Part shown: positions 1 to 13,586 of the stretch, one piece after another
Layout of the letters: each line of letters opens with the position of its first letter
Position numbering within the stretch: the first letter of the stretch is position 1
Assembly: GCA_051362555.1 (NCBI GenBank)
Contig: CM120646.1
Coordinates: 18,414,001-18,478,000, forward strand
Length of the DNA: 64,000 bases
Direction of reading: 5' to 3'
DNA from: Lingula anatina
Lineage: Eukaryota > Animalia > Brachiopoda
Notes under the pieces: generated by a model
Told to the model about the DNA's origin: nothing
Database searches by the model: none
The model's input: only the letters and a program-made list of their open reading frames with translations
Translations under genes and position numbers: made by a program

Positions 1-216
1 TTCGCTGAGTACCTGTACTGAGATGCAGCAATTATTATATTACGATCAAAGCAAGCCAGAAAGTGAAATTGATTCATGAACAGGCATGTGTATACTCTCT
101 CTCTCTCTCTCTTACCCTCTCTCTCTATCTCATATGTTTCCGGTCTGTCATTGACTTTCTAGTCTATACTCTGTTCCATAGCACTTATACCATATATTCT
201 TCTTTCTCGACACAAG

Positions 217-1595
217 GGGCTGGAATAGCGCTTCTTGTTCTGCAAGCTATTCAGAACTTAATAATGTCCTTGTTAAGTGGACACGCCCTGTTCTTCATGT
301 TTGACTCCTTGTCGTCTCCTTACCCGTGGTCAACGTGTGACAACCCTTGGAATACGGAATGTTGTGGACAGCCAACTCCGCAACCCAACAGGTAAGTGAA
401 TATCTGCAGCCAGCCAGGACCTACCCTAGGTTCTAGATTCCCGTATTGCCAGCTCGATCTTGATTTCATATATAACCCATATCAGCAATACCGGGTAGTA
501 AGTAAAATTGACTCCAAGGTATATTTAATATTTACAAGCTAATTTTTACGTTGCTCTGACACTCAGGGTAGCCAGGACCCTAACTTTCGACCTTTATATA
601 GCATACATGTTTAAATTCTGGTTTTCCTCACTTTAGGTTAAACAACGAGTTTAAGTTAAAAAAAAAAAAACGTTCACAGAGTTACGATACATTCGTTTGG
701 TTTTGAGATGTAAGTTTCTAGTTTCTTAAAGAAGATAGTAAGGCCCTACCGGTTAATATCACTCGTGATGGAAAAATGTATTATTCTTGACTCGAATTAG
801 GGTTTGCTGAGCCATTAAAGGAGCCCTTTACTAAGCCATTAAAGCATTTTTTGTCATATTTAAATATGCACATTGTAAGATTTTCCCGTCACAAACTCAT
901 ACTTGACAAATTTTCCTGAGATAAACTGTAGTTTTCTCCGGCTAAACAAGCTTTGATACTTCTTTACTGACACTCGTCATAACTCTAACACTCCTTAAAA
1001 ATTAAAAAAGGTGTAACCCCAAGTGGGTTTTTCAAATTCCACCATGACTTCGAGAACGGACTTGCGTGTTGTGCGTTTCAACCTATGTCAAGATGGATGA
1101 CAAGTGGCTAGGTTCGCCAGGAGGTGATAAATTAGATCAATTTTGGCCACGTGATTCATGGTATTCGTCTGCTAAAAATGATCAAGAAATATAACTTGCC
1201 TCTAAGATATAATATGTTCCACAGAAAGTGGTTTTATATATTCAATGCGTGTTAAAAATCTTACACTTTGTCCCTTAAAGCGTTTAAAATTTTGATGGAA
1301 ATCATTTTTGTATCCGTGTCACACTATTAAAGTAAGCCCTTTGTACGAGTCAGTATATATTTAATTAAGTCATTAATTTGGTTTTCCAGGGACTTCAGTT
1401 CTGTAGATAGTTTCAACTTCACTACCGTGCACTGTAGTCCAGGCCAAGAATCAAGCATGTATTTCAGGTACGTCTTTCGAATTTACCAAAAATGACTATA
1501 TAAATATGTAGGTCTTGAGCAATTAAATTAAAAAATGGAGAAAATATATGAATTTCACAAAAAAAAAAAAAGAAAAAATTTACTGTGCACACTTA

Positions 1596-1645
<50 letters not shown>

Positions 1646-4391
1646 GACTTATATAATTTTGTCCCACTTTTTTGTTTAATTGCTCAAGATACATATACAT
1701 GTATTTGCAGTCATCGTATATTGCAAAGCAATAGTGATGGGGGTGTGCCATGGACGACGGCGTTACCGACACTAGGTGTCTGGGTGTGCGTTTTCTTTGG
1801 AAGCATGGGCGGAGCGGGAGTTTTTGGTGTGGTAAGCGACACTCCATATTCCTGGGTTATTACGTCAATTATGGGTTTTACGGTTTAATCTGTTTTTAAA
1901 CGTGTAATCTTTTAGAACACGTTGAATGTCTATGCTTTTTTTTAGAAATTTTATTATGAGAAAATTTAGTTACAATTAGTAGTTAATTCTCAATACACTT
2001 TCTATGAATATGCATACACTATACAGTATGTCTACAATGTTTTAAAATAAAACAGTAATTGCCTGAAAGTTTCCATCCAAAACAAAGGCCTTATTCAACT
2101 ATTGCTATTCACATATTCTTAAATATGTAAAAAAACGTATATTTTCATGAAACTTTCTTCTTTGCTGTCTTGAAAATCGTATTTCTTTTATCTAAATACA
2201 GTACGTACAAAGTAATTTAATTTTAAAATTTTAGAAATGTAATCACATGATTAAAACGTGACACTATAATTTTAATCATTATTAATATTATCATATTTAT
2301 CTGGATGAGAGCTTTTTCCTCCCTTCTAGATAATGTATGTGGTGGCTCCCTTGTATGCGTTATTCTACTTCATTGTGCTGATCTATGGTCGTACGGTGGC
2401 CGTCCCCGAGGAGGTCACATCCACAGCTATGGAATACTTTTACGTGCTAAGACCAGAGGTGCGAATGGACGTGGAGGTACGTAAGTCTTAATCAATTGTA
2501 TAGTTTGAACGATTGTGTGTGAAAGTTCAAAAGAATATGATAAGGATGTTCTGACGCATTGCACTGGAAATAGATTTTCCTTTTCATAATGGCCCAAGGT
2601 TTGCCATTTTTTCTAACCCACTGTTCTCCAAATCCCGCAAGATATCGCTTAAATTTAAACCACGTGGGGAGCCTTGAGGCTTTCTCTGATGAGTCCCATG
2701 AGAGTGCTCTTTTGACAAATTTGAAGTTATGAATGTTAACTTTGGCAAATAACGTGTCACTTCGTATTTATTCCAGGAGGCTCTGCGTGTTTTTACGTAT
2801 TTGATTTATTCTCTTGGCCTCTTCTCCGGGATTTTACCCACGCTGGGGAAATATACAGGTAGAAGATGTCGCCAGTATAAATGGCTTTATTATTGGTTAG
2901 TATATGTCATTAAATCGTACTTTGGTGCAATAGACTGTAAAAAATATGCGTAGATAATTTTTGTCAAGTTTTATTCGTTGCCGCATCGTATTCGCTAGTC
3001 GTCGTTGTTTCTGATCTCACTCTCCTCCCACGGAATCTCGCTCGATTTTAAGTTAAGTCGCAAGACCGAAGGCTATTAATGTAATCAATGTGTACTTTAA
3101 AAATTCTTATTATACCGGAAGGTTATGTGCCGACAACTCAAGTTACTCTACAAAACACTCCCTGCTCCTTATTCATTCGTGGCTGTCAATTACTAACATT
3201 ACAGTTATATAATTACAAGGCCTTGTTTAAAATTTGTGAGACCTGTTCTTTGAATTTATTTAATATTATCCTATATAGCAGGACAGGGTATTCGGGTGTT
3301 GGTGTGCAGACATAATGCTTACAACAAAAAATTAAACCATTTAATTTAAAATCCTTGACAATGCAATTTACTTACTTATGGCTATTGTCTCTCTTGATGA
3401 ACGGGTCATCAACAGGATTTATCCCTCCCTATTATGGGTCCTCAGACTGTCTCTAGATTGTTAATTCGGTAAAACCGCTTGTTAGAGTAATGCTGAATTT
3501 GTCATTTTAGTTATGAATAAAATGTTGATAAATGCGTTAAATATAAATCAAGTATTCATTTTTCAGTTTCTGGATTTTCCCGTTTATTTTCGTGTTGGTT
3601 GCCCCCCATATATCCGTGGGTAAGTAATCTCATTATTGATTCCGCCAAGGAGGTTATGCCGTCGGTTCTGTTTGTCTGTCTGTTTGTTTGACTGTTTGCA
3701 AGATGTAATAGAGTTATTAAAGTTGTGAACGAATTTTCATTTAAAAGTTTTCAAAAAGTGCCTGGAGGAGACCAAGAAAGTAACGTTCATACTTTGCTGG
3801 TTGTCTGTTTATTAATTAAAGGCTAATAAATAGTAAATTAATTTTCTGTGTGTTTACCACATTGTGCAAAAGTTATGGGGGGGGGGGGTCAAATGTTCAG
3901 GATAGGTCAAAAAAAGGATAGATTTTGGTGTTGGTTTATTTATTTATCATTTTATTTTTTTAGTTAATTATTCACTTTATTAATTAACTAAGATAGTTAT
4001 GATAATCGAGTTAATTAATTGATAGGTGAGAATTGAGCTGCCTTGGTCGAGGTCTGCACTCTGAGTGGATGTCTAGTTACTTATCGGAATAGAATAAACC
4101 AGCCACAGTATATTACGTTTTCTGACGGAACTCGAGATACTATTTGATAACAGATTTATTGCAGCTGTGCCGCTCTAGTTGACTCTTGAACTATTGCATT
4201 AATCTAATTGTATTCTATTATAAGAAATGAAACGTAACTACGACATTGTCGTAAAATACTTGCAAGTAGTTGCGCTCTCCTCTTTATTCATTAAGGACTG
4301 GTTGCACCATACGTTGGAGGTCTAGCGTACAAGAAGCAAGTGTCGTTAGATGAAGTCATGGTTTCAGGAACAGGTATGTTACTCCATACTC

Positions 4392-4437
<46 letters not shown>

Positions 4438-6878
4438 ACTTTGAACTTCAAGCTTTTGCAAAAGATCCTTCAGCTATTGGTCGTCTTCTAAAAACCTGAC
4501 CACTGGAAGTGAAGAAATGAGTTAATGAAAGCACCCCGTCACTGTATCTCCGAGAATATTATCATAAAACGAAAAAAGTATTGATTGTTTTTTTCTTTTT
4601 GAACTTTTTTTCATTGTCATAGGTCAATAGTAAGATATCAGGATTGCATTCAGGAGTCATAATGCAGGTTAAAACATCTACACCAGTTTTGTTGCACCTT
4701 CCTGTTTTGTTTAGTGTTCTCACCTTACACAATTGGAAGCACTTGAGTTGTCATCATTTCTTTCGACTATCTTCAGTGCTCCTGTTTCAAGCTTTGCCAG
4801 ATGCTGTTGCCGAGTTAGATGTGCCAAATGGTATTGCATTTTTACTGTTTGCAACTATATTTTTAGCCAGTATCATTCCTTTGGTAAGTGCTTACTTTAG
4901 TTTGGTTCTGAATTCGCTAATTCCCATATGGTGCTAATGACTGTCTCTGGACGTTGCGCTTTTCTCGAATTCTAATAGTGCTTGTGAAGCTGCTAAACTA
5001 CATGTACTTACATTGTACAAGTATATCTTTCTCAAATCAAGCAGATCCATTGCATTGCTCATCCCAGTATGATTAGAGCCACCATATTTTGAAATAAAAA
5101 ATTATGTTTTAGGGATTCCTTGAATCCGATGGAAACACGAGAGGCATGCCAAGAGTTGAGTGGCCAGTTTTCAAGAATCTTTTGGCAATGAAGCAATATT
5201 CTTTATTTCTTATTAATTTTTTTGTAGACTTTGACAACCGTCGTTATACTTGACAATATTCAAGAAGGGCTGGGACAGAGGATGGAGAACCGGCCATGGC
5301 TGTGGCGACTGGGTTCTTCCTTTGTTTTCTGCACCGTCAGCTTTCTGTTTTCACTGATATTTTGCTCCAGGGTGAGTTTTTACCTTTTATTCTGACGATG
5401 TTAACGGGACAACATACGGACAATAGCTTGAAAAATGATATGTGTTCTCTCTCTCTTTCTCTTAATTGATTACTGGCTTGACCATTTGTTCATTTTATCA
5501 CATACTGACATATGCATGTGAAAGACTACGTAAATTTACACTAAAAAATTACCTTCCAGGGGGGTTACAGCGGCCTCTTTGAAGTACTTGACGTTGCAGT
5601 TGTTCATCTGTTCTTTCTGTTCACGTTGACATGTGGCATTGCAGTGGCCATCTCCTTTTGTAAGTACTAATAGGAATGAGTAGTTTTACCGAAAACGAGG
5701 TATCTGTGTGGAGGAATGTTTCTGGCTTTATACTTCAATAACGTTCCGAAGAGTTTACGTAATTGTCCGTTCACTGATATGTTGTTGATTTGTTCCGTGC
5801 CATGACTTTGGTGGTAGTTGTTTTCTTGTTATGCATATTTCAGAACTCCACTTATATTCAGACGAAAATTAGATCTATGTTTATCCAAACTTTCTGGATT
5901 TTCTTTTAAATGTTAAATTCTCGGTCTAATTTCAGTTCGCCTGAAGTATCACTTGGTCATAAAGATATGTCTTGGTATCTGGTTTCTTCTTGCTATTTTA
6001 ATTACGACAGTAAGTGACCAACAATATAATTTCAATTTAATTTTAAAAATTCACAATATAATACTGTCCTTCCAAGTTAGAACATAAAATGAGAATAAAA
6101 CACTAATACGCTTGTTGAACGATGAAATTTGTGATAGTTGTACCTTAGTGAAATCACATGTTATGTTCTGTTGGAATATTCATTCTTTTTTAACAAGAGT
6201 GTAATTTCTTAAAGCCGGATTATTTCTAAACGTAACATTGTCAGTCATAATGCTTAAAAGATTCTTGAGATCATATTCGTGTTTGTCTTTTCAAAAACTC
6301 AACTCTTTATTGTTGTGCCTTGGTTTAGTGTTTTCAGATTATCTACATGATAACCAATGTAAGTTTTTTGGAATTTCTGGACGAAAAATTTGGGAACTAT
6401 GCCTCGGCGGTTTCATGGGCTCTTGGTATCATAGTCTGGTTGATATGCATGTATGCGGGGGCTTTCCATACAATCTGCACATCTGGAAGCTTCAGTCTTT
6501 CCAAGGTGGGTCAGTTATGTGCCACACCACCTACGACTAAACAAGGAGTCTAGTTCATCTTCTGTTACAAAGACTGGTTAGCATATACCCCATATCACAA
6601 CAGTCAATCCTTTTTTACTAAAAGTATTTCGTTAATTAATAAGTTTATATTATTGTTAATTGTGTTTATGTCAGATGTTTGATCGAACTGTTAATCTTTT
6701 TTGCCCATTCATTACAATACTAAATTATTATTTTGTTCATTTATTTCTCTCAATATTGTTTTATAACAAGATCTGCTGCCCAGCTGTTCAGGATGCATAT
6801 GAAGTGGAGTCTCCTCACGTAGAAATGGCACCTTTAACGCCAGAACCAGATGAAACCCCGGATAAAACTGGAGTGTAA
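217..6878 (+). CDS. Divergent SLC6 (sodium:neurotransmitter symporter family) transporter-like gene, 5'-partial, 13 exons in window
   Basis: GT-AG exons in continuous frame: 217-391, 1390-1467, 1711-1831, 2330-2476, 2777-2895, 3567-3619, 4296-4373, 4777-4883, 5228-5371, 5560-5659, 5936-6009, 6338-6505, 6771-6878 (TAA). SLC6 hallmarks: EL2 'SPYPWSTCDNPWNTECC', 'YFSHRIL', TM6 'IYSLGLFSGILPTLGKY', EL4 'SGTVLLFQALPDAV', TM9/10 'FCSRGGY'. The TM1-2 exons lie upstream of the window. Confidence 0.85.
1599..1642. repeat. (TA)n microsatellite
   Basis: Pure TA run in an SLC6 intron; it produces the spurious YIYI ORFs. Confidence 0.95.
3641..4078 (+). mobile_element. Non-autonomous Helitron/Helentron-like element remnant
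   Basis: Short inverted motif TCCGCCAAGG (3641) / CCTTGGTCGA (4041), an internal (TGTY)n tract near 3670-3695, a 3' hairpin CACTC-T-GAGTG and a CTAGT terminus. This layout is typical of non-autonomous rolling-circle elements. Confidence 0.5.
4397..4435. repeat. (CT)n microsatellite
   Basis: Pure CT run in an intron. Confidence 0.95.
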
Positions 6879-7073
6879 ATAGAAGCTGACGAGCCGTGAG
6901 GGAAATATGACGTCAAAGTATCAAGGGACATGTGACGTCACTAAAAGGTGACATTTGTTGATGACGTATCACAATCATTTGTGGGGTCATAAGTACATGT
7001 ATCTAGTTCATATGAATAACCCTAGGAATTAATTACGTAAATCAACATCTCATTATCATGTAGTTTATACTTA

Positions 7074-7159
7074 GGTTTTTTATTTTAATATTATCTTAAA
7101 AGAGAGGATATCAGAACAGGTTTTTTTATTTTAATATTATCTTAAAAGAGAGGATATCA
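7074..7159. repeat. ~40-bp direct tandem duplication in the SLC6 3' region
   Basis: GGTTTTTT(T)ATTTTAATATTATCTTAAAAGAGAGGATATCA occurs twice (~7074 and ~7119). Confidence 0.85.
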
Positions 7160-8647
7160 TATAGATAATACCAGTTTTTTTTTTTTTTTAATTTTATTTT
7201 ATTATTTAGCGTAAGTATACAAATTAATCTTTATTGCCAAGTGTGGCCAATCTACGAACGCTCTTTGGTCGTCTTAGAGGTTGTTCTTTACTATTTGTTT
7301 ACGCTCAACTATCAGATTTAAATTACGATGACTTTGATAGAAAGTCAAATAAACCAATATTAACCAATACCTAGAAAGAATGAAACACGGCTAATAATAT
7401 AGCTGTTTGATTCAGTACATAAAGTCACGTACATGTTAACGGTATGGGCATTGGCTTGACTTTGAACACGCAATTTTTTCTCTCCTTTTCTACAAGAGCT
7501 CGAACTTTCGCACAAAAAATCCCGAATGCAATTAACAATCATGAATGTTAATCTTTTATTTATGTTCAGAACAGAAGGCGAGCTTGTCTATGTGGGCGTG
7601 CACTAAAAAGGCAGAATACTGTTATACATCTTTTATATCAATAGGATGTATTATATACTTAGATTTTAACACAAGTGGAATGTGTTATGGAAATCCTTGT
7701 AGTAATTTTATTCTCATTTCATTGGACCTTTCTTCGTTTTCATAACGCGTTCACGTTATGTTTTGCCAAAACATAATCATTTTGTTATGATACTTAAAAT
7801 TAATGTAGTTAAGAACAACACATCAACAGTAGGCCTATAATGTACACTACAATTGTTTGGCTTTACACTTACTAGCTTTTGCGTCTTGCGTGCCAGGTTT
7901 TTTGTAGGACTTAAATGTACAAAGTGGTGTACATTCAAATTAGTAAGTGCTTTTAAAACCAAGACGTAGGGCTCTACATCGTTTTTTAATGACCTGATAC
8001 CAAACAATGTTAACAAAGGAGAATGTAATCGATACTGTTTGTAAAAGGACTTGGATTTTGCATCTAGATTAACTTTTAGATTTTTAGAATTTACATATGT
8101 AGGCCTAGATATGAATAAATTTTAGCATTGAATCAATGTTTTTGGAGTTTTGGCTTTGATATGAATCTGACATCAATCCCCCTTCTTTTTACTCGTGAGT
8201 TGTGGCATATTTATTGACCAGAAAAGGGGATAAATTTTGCCCCGTTTCAAATAGTCAAACTTCGGTTTTAGCTAAGATTAGGCCTACAACTGATCGTATC
8301 TGACTTAGGCCTAGTGGCGTTTTTAAGAGAATCTTGCAGTAGGCCTATATATATATTTTTCGGTTTTAGAAGTAAAGGTACAATCCATAGTCCTATGGTC
8401 TTGATACTGTGGAACAATAAACAAAGAATAGCGTTTGACCGAATTATCATGAAAATAAAGCACATGTACCTTTGACAAGAAATTGGAGATCTTGTAGATC
8501 TAAAGGCCTACCATTCCTCATTATTCCTCATTATCGTTATTTCACTATTGTAGTCTCGCATCTTAAGCATTCAAGTGCTTTTCCCATCAAATTTATGGCA
8601 GTCAACTCTTTCCTCTATTCGTTTACTCCTATATAATTAAACACTGT

Positions 8648-10600
8648 TCATACCCCTCGCTGACATTTATTTCCGCATCCGGTGCTACAGCAAATTAGAC
8701 CACAGGGGCAGTCGTCGTCTGCTCGACATTCATTCTTGTCGGCGCATGCGCTACCTTTAAACGCTTTCGTGTCCGGACATCTAAGAGCCCTTTGACAGAC
8801 TTTCGTTGAACAACCCAGTGAAGCTGGACAGCATTTTTCCTTTCCGTCGGAACAGTCACTGTTGCTGTCGCAGGGTGTATTCTGTTTGATGACCAGTGGA
8901 TCACAAAGCTCTGAGGAACATGGCCGTGGGCATCGAATATCTAGCAAGCAATAACAGAATAACGTGTAGGTCGTGTATGTGTGTTGTGAAGCCTCTTCGA
9001 AATTAGACTTGGTGGACAACTAAAATATAATTTGATTCTACAAAACAGTGAAGATATTAATTGGTGGCGCTTGAAAAAGAATGATTTATTGGTCCGAAGT
9101 TTCGATAGTCCGAAATAATGCATGAATAAAATGCATTGTATATTGCCATAAAGTCAAGTCCATCTGAGACACGTGCATACGATTTTTGGACCAAGAACCC
9201 TCGGACCAATGAACCTTCCAAATATCGAGACGCCCCCTGCTATTAGAACTACACATGCCATATGCATTTACAATAGCTTTCACATCCGAGAGTTGGCCTA
9301 ATGCCACCGATGGTGGCCAGTAGGCCTAATATATTTTACTAAACATATTCCTAATCATATAGGCCTACCTGGACAATCTGATTGCCTTATGCATTTGTCG
9401 CCTTGTAACACCGGAGTCTCTGGAGGACAGACGCACCTAGAGACACATATGTCTGTGTCACAGTGGCTGGTACAGTAGGGGTCTTGCTGGACACAGGTGC
9501 GCGCGCATCGCCCTCCGCATTTTTTCCAAATCTGCCCCGGTGGACAAACTGGACTCATGGAAACAACGAAATCAAAATTATTATTAAAGAAAATAATTGT
9601 AATTAAGAAAATAGAAAACGTGTACCTTTTATGTCGCATTCTATCAGAATCTTCAAACCTCAGAACTTTGTTTTGCCTTATATAGACTAGGAAATTATAG
9701 GTTGAAAAAAATCCTATACAGAAGGGGTATTTTTGTATTATTGTTTTTTTTTTTTTTTGGGGGTGGGGGTGGGGGGGGGGTTATAGCAAAGACAAGGCAT
9801 CTTCGTCATTATTATCTTAACGGACAATTTCAAACCAATCTTAAGAAGTAGGCCAACTGCAAAGGAAATGATCTAGTGTTCCGAGCAGGGTATCCCCCTA
9901 ACGAACCGCACACACATACCCATAGCTTCTTATTAAGGGACCTTTCTCAAAACGTCACGCGATTTGCCCAACTTTAACATATAGCTCTGTGGTAAACCTT
10001 GTGTGGCTTTGAGAGCGCCTCTTAAGATGCAAGAAAACTAGTTACGGTATAAAATGTTCGGCAGATATAGCAGGCAAATTGGCTGTTTCAACTTGAAGTG
10101 AGTTTTGAACTAGTTCCACGACGTGTGTAAAACTTAGGCCTACGTAAACATAATGGATTGCCAAAAGAGTATACGGAGGCTGCAAACAATTCCTGTGGGA
10201 TCGTTGACTTTTAAACAGATTTGATAAACATAATTGTATAGAGTGGATTGAATTTGGTAAATGTGACGTTTGGATTGTTTTTCTCCTTCCAAAATACGTC
10301 TACTTTGCCTTAAATCCATGCTACAATTAATCTTACCAGTTTGAACCGCGCTTGACTCCACATATGCCTGCAATAGAAGATTTTGAAACCATCATCTGCT
10401 AAGATAATAAATTTTAATCGCTCATCCTTGATAAAAGTTAATACATCAATTCTGTATTCAGTAACATTAAGGTCTTGGCATCATTCCTTTTATTTATAAT
10501 GATTTTTAAATACAAAATTGCTGTTCTTATATGAATCGACAAATCAACTCACCGAAAAAGCGACGACTAGCAGAGAAAAACTGTAAACGTTAAGGCCCAT
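8648..10600 (-). CDS. Secreted Cys-rich protease-inhibitor-like protein, signal peptide + TIL + 2 WAP (four-disulfide core) domains, ~183 aa
   Basis: Exons 10600-10553 (MGLNVYSFSLLVVAFS), 10367-10337 (AYVESSAVQT), 9548-9369 (TIL: CPPGQIWKKCGGRCARTC...CVC...KCIRQSDC) and 8940-8648 (WAP: CDSNSDC...KCC...GC...C and CRADDDCPCGLICCSTGCGNKC, TGA). All junctions are GT-AG with matching phases; total 552 nt. Confidence 0.85.
9088..9237. mobile_element. Degenerate MITE copy (same family as 57003-57177)
   Basis: Shares the TCGGACCAATGAACCTTC subterminal repeats and the TATCGAGACGCCCCC end with the element at 57.0-57.2 kb; inverted GGTCCGAAG/ATAGTCCGAA units lie on the left. Confidence 0.7.
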
Positions 10601-12608
10601 TTCTTCTTTCTCGTTTTCTTTAATGCCACGTCTTGTTTTCACGTACAAAGTATATAACTAAGTTATAGCGTCAGAATAGTCTTTTCATTTATCACAGGCT
10701 ATGAATAACATAGACATGGGAATAAGCCCAGTGACCGCATTAAGACAGGGCGGCCTAGGCGCTTGTTGTGTTGAACTTAGGAATGAATAATTGAGGTCAT
10801 TTCGGTTTCAAAACACTTACAGGACAACTAGCCACCTTTGTGCATATGTAATAAGTTTCGGTGTGAAAAATGAACATTTTATTCAATGAACAGTTTATAC
10901 CACATAGTAAATTGATAGGCACAAAAACACACATAGGCCTACAAGAGGGGGGGGGGAGTGAAAAGAAAGGTAGGTTTAACATTTGTTAAAATAAGCTTTT
11001 TTATTGTCAATAGAAAATTGTCATTTAATACGCGGTATTCTCTTCATAACGTCATTTCACTGCGACCCTAAAGAGTTGCTCCATATGACAGACAGTCCAA
11101 TACATATATACAGTGACCGCGTAACCATGGTGACGGACTTGTCTCAACATATGTTCAAGGAAGTCATTGTCAGGTCCCATCTCTGCGAGATACCTAACAT
11201 TTAAACTACGCTCTTTACAAGGTACTCTCTAACAAATGAAAATTATACTTTTAAATGCGTTTTACGATAATTTATGTTTCCGTGCTACAAACGCAGCCAA
11301 GAGCCTCTTACGATTTACAAATTATATGTTTTAAGAGGCAAATGTTTACCGAACACTCGAACCGATTTGGTCGTGTCTGATTATTAGTATAGAGAAAGAT
11401 GAATTTACACCGAGAGATTTTATTCCTCGTGGATTTAGAATCCCAGTGCAGCGTTCATTCGTAAACGACATACTGTTAGTCTACCAGCAAGTAATCATTA
11501 ATTTAAGGAAAAATAAATATAGCTTGCAGTATTTGTAAACGCATGACACAAGCTGAAATACGTGGCAACTTGTACTACAATACCAAACGACCGAGAAAAA
11601 AAACGCTAATGTAAAATTTAGGTACGTTTATTGCTCGTTTTATGTATATATATACTGTACACAATACTTACAGCCACTTTCTTAAATACAACTCTATTTA
11701 CATGGGATTTATAAACTATTTACAATTTCTGTATTTGAGCAAATATCAGATATTCCTCGGCATAACACAGAAATTTAAATCTCGTTATGCTAAAAACAAC
11801 ATAATGGAGGGATAAGAATACACTGAAATAGGCTACATTTCTGAAAAATATTTCTTATTAAGTAAATATGTATAGCTTTCGATATTTGATACTTAAATAA
11901 CTTAGTAAAGGCACTGGTTCTTAAACAAAAACAAATATATATATATATATATATATGGTGATATCTATGGATCCACAAAAAGTTTACAAAGGCAACACAT
12001 TTAGAAACCGATGACTAAAAGCCCATTAATACTTTTGTCCAAAAAATATCATTACAGATACGAGAAGACGGTCGTAGCGTAAAAGGGCAGAGGCAATTAA
12101 TCATACAGTTCTTTAACTGCGTACACACGCTTTTAACTATCAAACCACCCATCGCTGCTTAAACAAAGGCGTACGCCCCTTCATGCAGTGTTACCGATCA
12201 TAAATCCAATGTTACATTTTACAGGCATATTCAGAATACATCGAGTAAAGACGTTTCTATTACAAGTACTTGCCACTAAAGTGAAAATATAGTCATAATA
12301 ACGAACGCAAATGTAGCTGTCGTACATATTCTATTGTAACGCTATTTATGATGCCTCATAATAAATCAAAAATAAGTAACTCTATAGGGAGAAGAGATGT
12401 TGATTCTTTTCACGATCATCTCCTCCCTACGCACACTAGGTCGAGAAAGGTCATTTGTACTTTAAATAGATTCATTGGGCAAGTTCACGTCAAAAGGATT
12501 TCTTAACTCTTTTTGTCTTGGTGATATAGGGTATTCCTTTGTCTAATAATCTTTCGTGTCGATAATCCTCGTTTCACAACTCTCGCCGACGTTTATCTTT
12601 ACATGGAT

Positions 12609-13586
12609 ATTTACAGAGAACACCCGCGTCACTCGGGGACTTTAAACGAGGGCGTACGGGGGTTTTCTGTGCGTTAACATGAAGTAGGCGCATACTGCTT
12701 TAAATAAGCTACCATTTCAGCTTTTTTCTTACCCACTTTTTCTTGGAAACAAGCATTTACAGAGAACACCAGCGTCACTCGAGGACTTTAAACAACCCCC
12801 GTCCTACTTTGTATGCCAAGTGGCAGAACGACGGCGTACGGGAGTTTTCCATACTTTTTGCATGAAGGAAAGTAGGCGCATGCTGCTTTAAATTTCAGCT
12901 TTTTTCTTACCCACTCTTCCTTAAAAACTGACATTTACAGAGAACACCCGCGTCACTCGAGGACTTTAAACAAACCCCGTCCTACTTTGTATGCAAATTG
13001 CTCGAACGAGGGCGTACGGGGGTTTTCTGTGCGTTAACATGAAGTAGGAGCATACTGCTTTAAATAAGCTACCATTTCAGCTTTTTTCTTACCCACTCTT
13101 CCTTCAAAACATTATTTACAGAGAACACCCGCGTCACTTCAGGACTTTAAACAACCCCGTCTTTCTTTGTATGCAAAGTGCTCGAACGAGGGCGTACGGG
13201 AGTTTTCCGCGCTTTTTGCATAAAGGAAAGTAGGCGCATACTGCTTTAAATAAGCTACCATTTCAGCTTTTTTCTTACCCACTCATTCTTGAAAACGAGC
13301 ATTTACAGAGAACACCCGCGTCACTCGAGGACTTTAAACAACCCCCGTCCTACTTTGTATGCAAAGTGCTTGAACGAGGGCGTACGGGAGTTTTCCGCGC
13401 TTTTTGCATAAAGGAAAGTAGGCGCATACTGCTTTAAATAAGCTACCATTTCAGCTTTTTTCTTACCCACTCATTCTTGAAAACAAGCATTTACAGAGAA
13501 CACCCGCGTCACTCGAGGACTTTAAACAAACCCCCGTCCTTCTTTTTATGCCAAGTTGCAGAACGAGGGCGTACGGGAGTTTTCTG
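12609..13586. repeat. Tandem repeat, ~180-bp unit, 5 units plus one partial
   Basis: Unit start ATTTACAGAGAACACC at 12609, 12755, 12933, 13114, 13301 and 13489 (periods 146, 178, 181, 187, 188). The first unit carries an internal deletion. Confidence 0.95.

Noticed and set aside
12609-13586. Repeat array as CRISPR, SECIS cluster or a known ribozyme
   Set aside because: Eukaryotic context, whole units repeat with no unique spacers, and no cas genes are present. There is no SECIS GA quartet and no hammerhead CUGANGA/GAAA core, and the HDV pseudoknot order could not be fitted.
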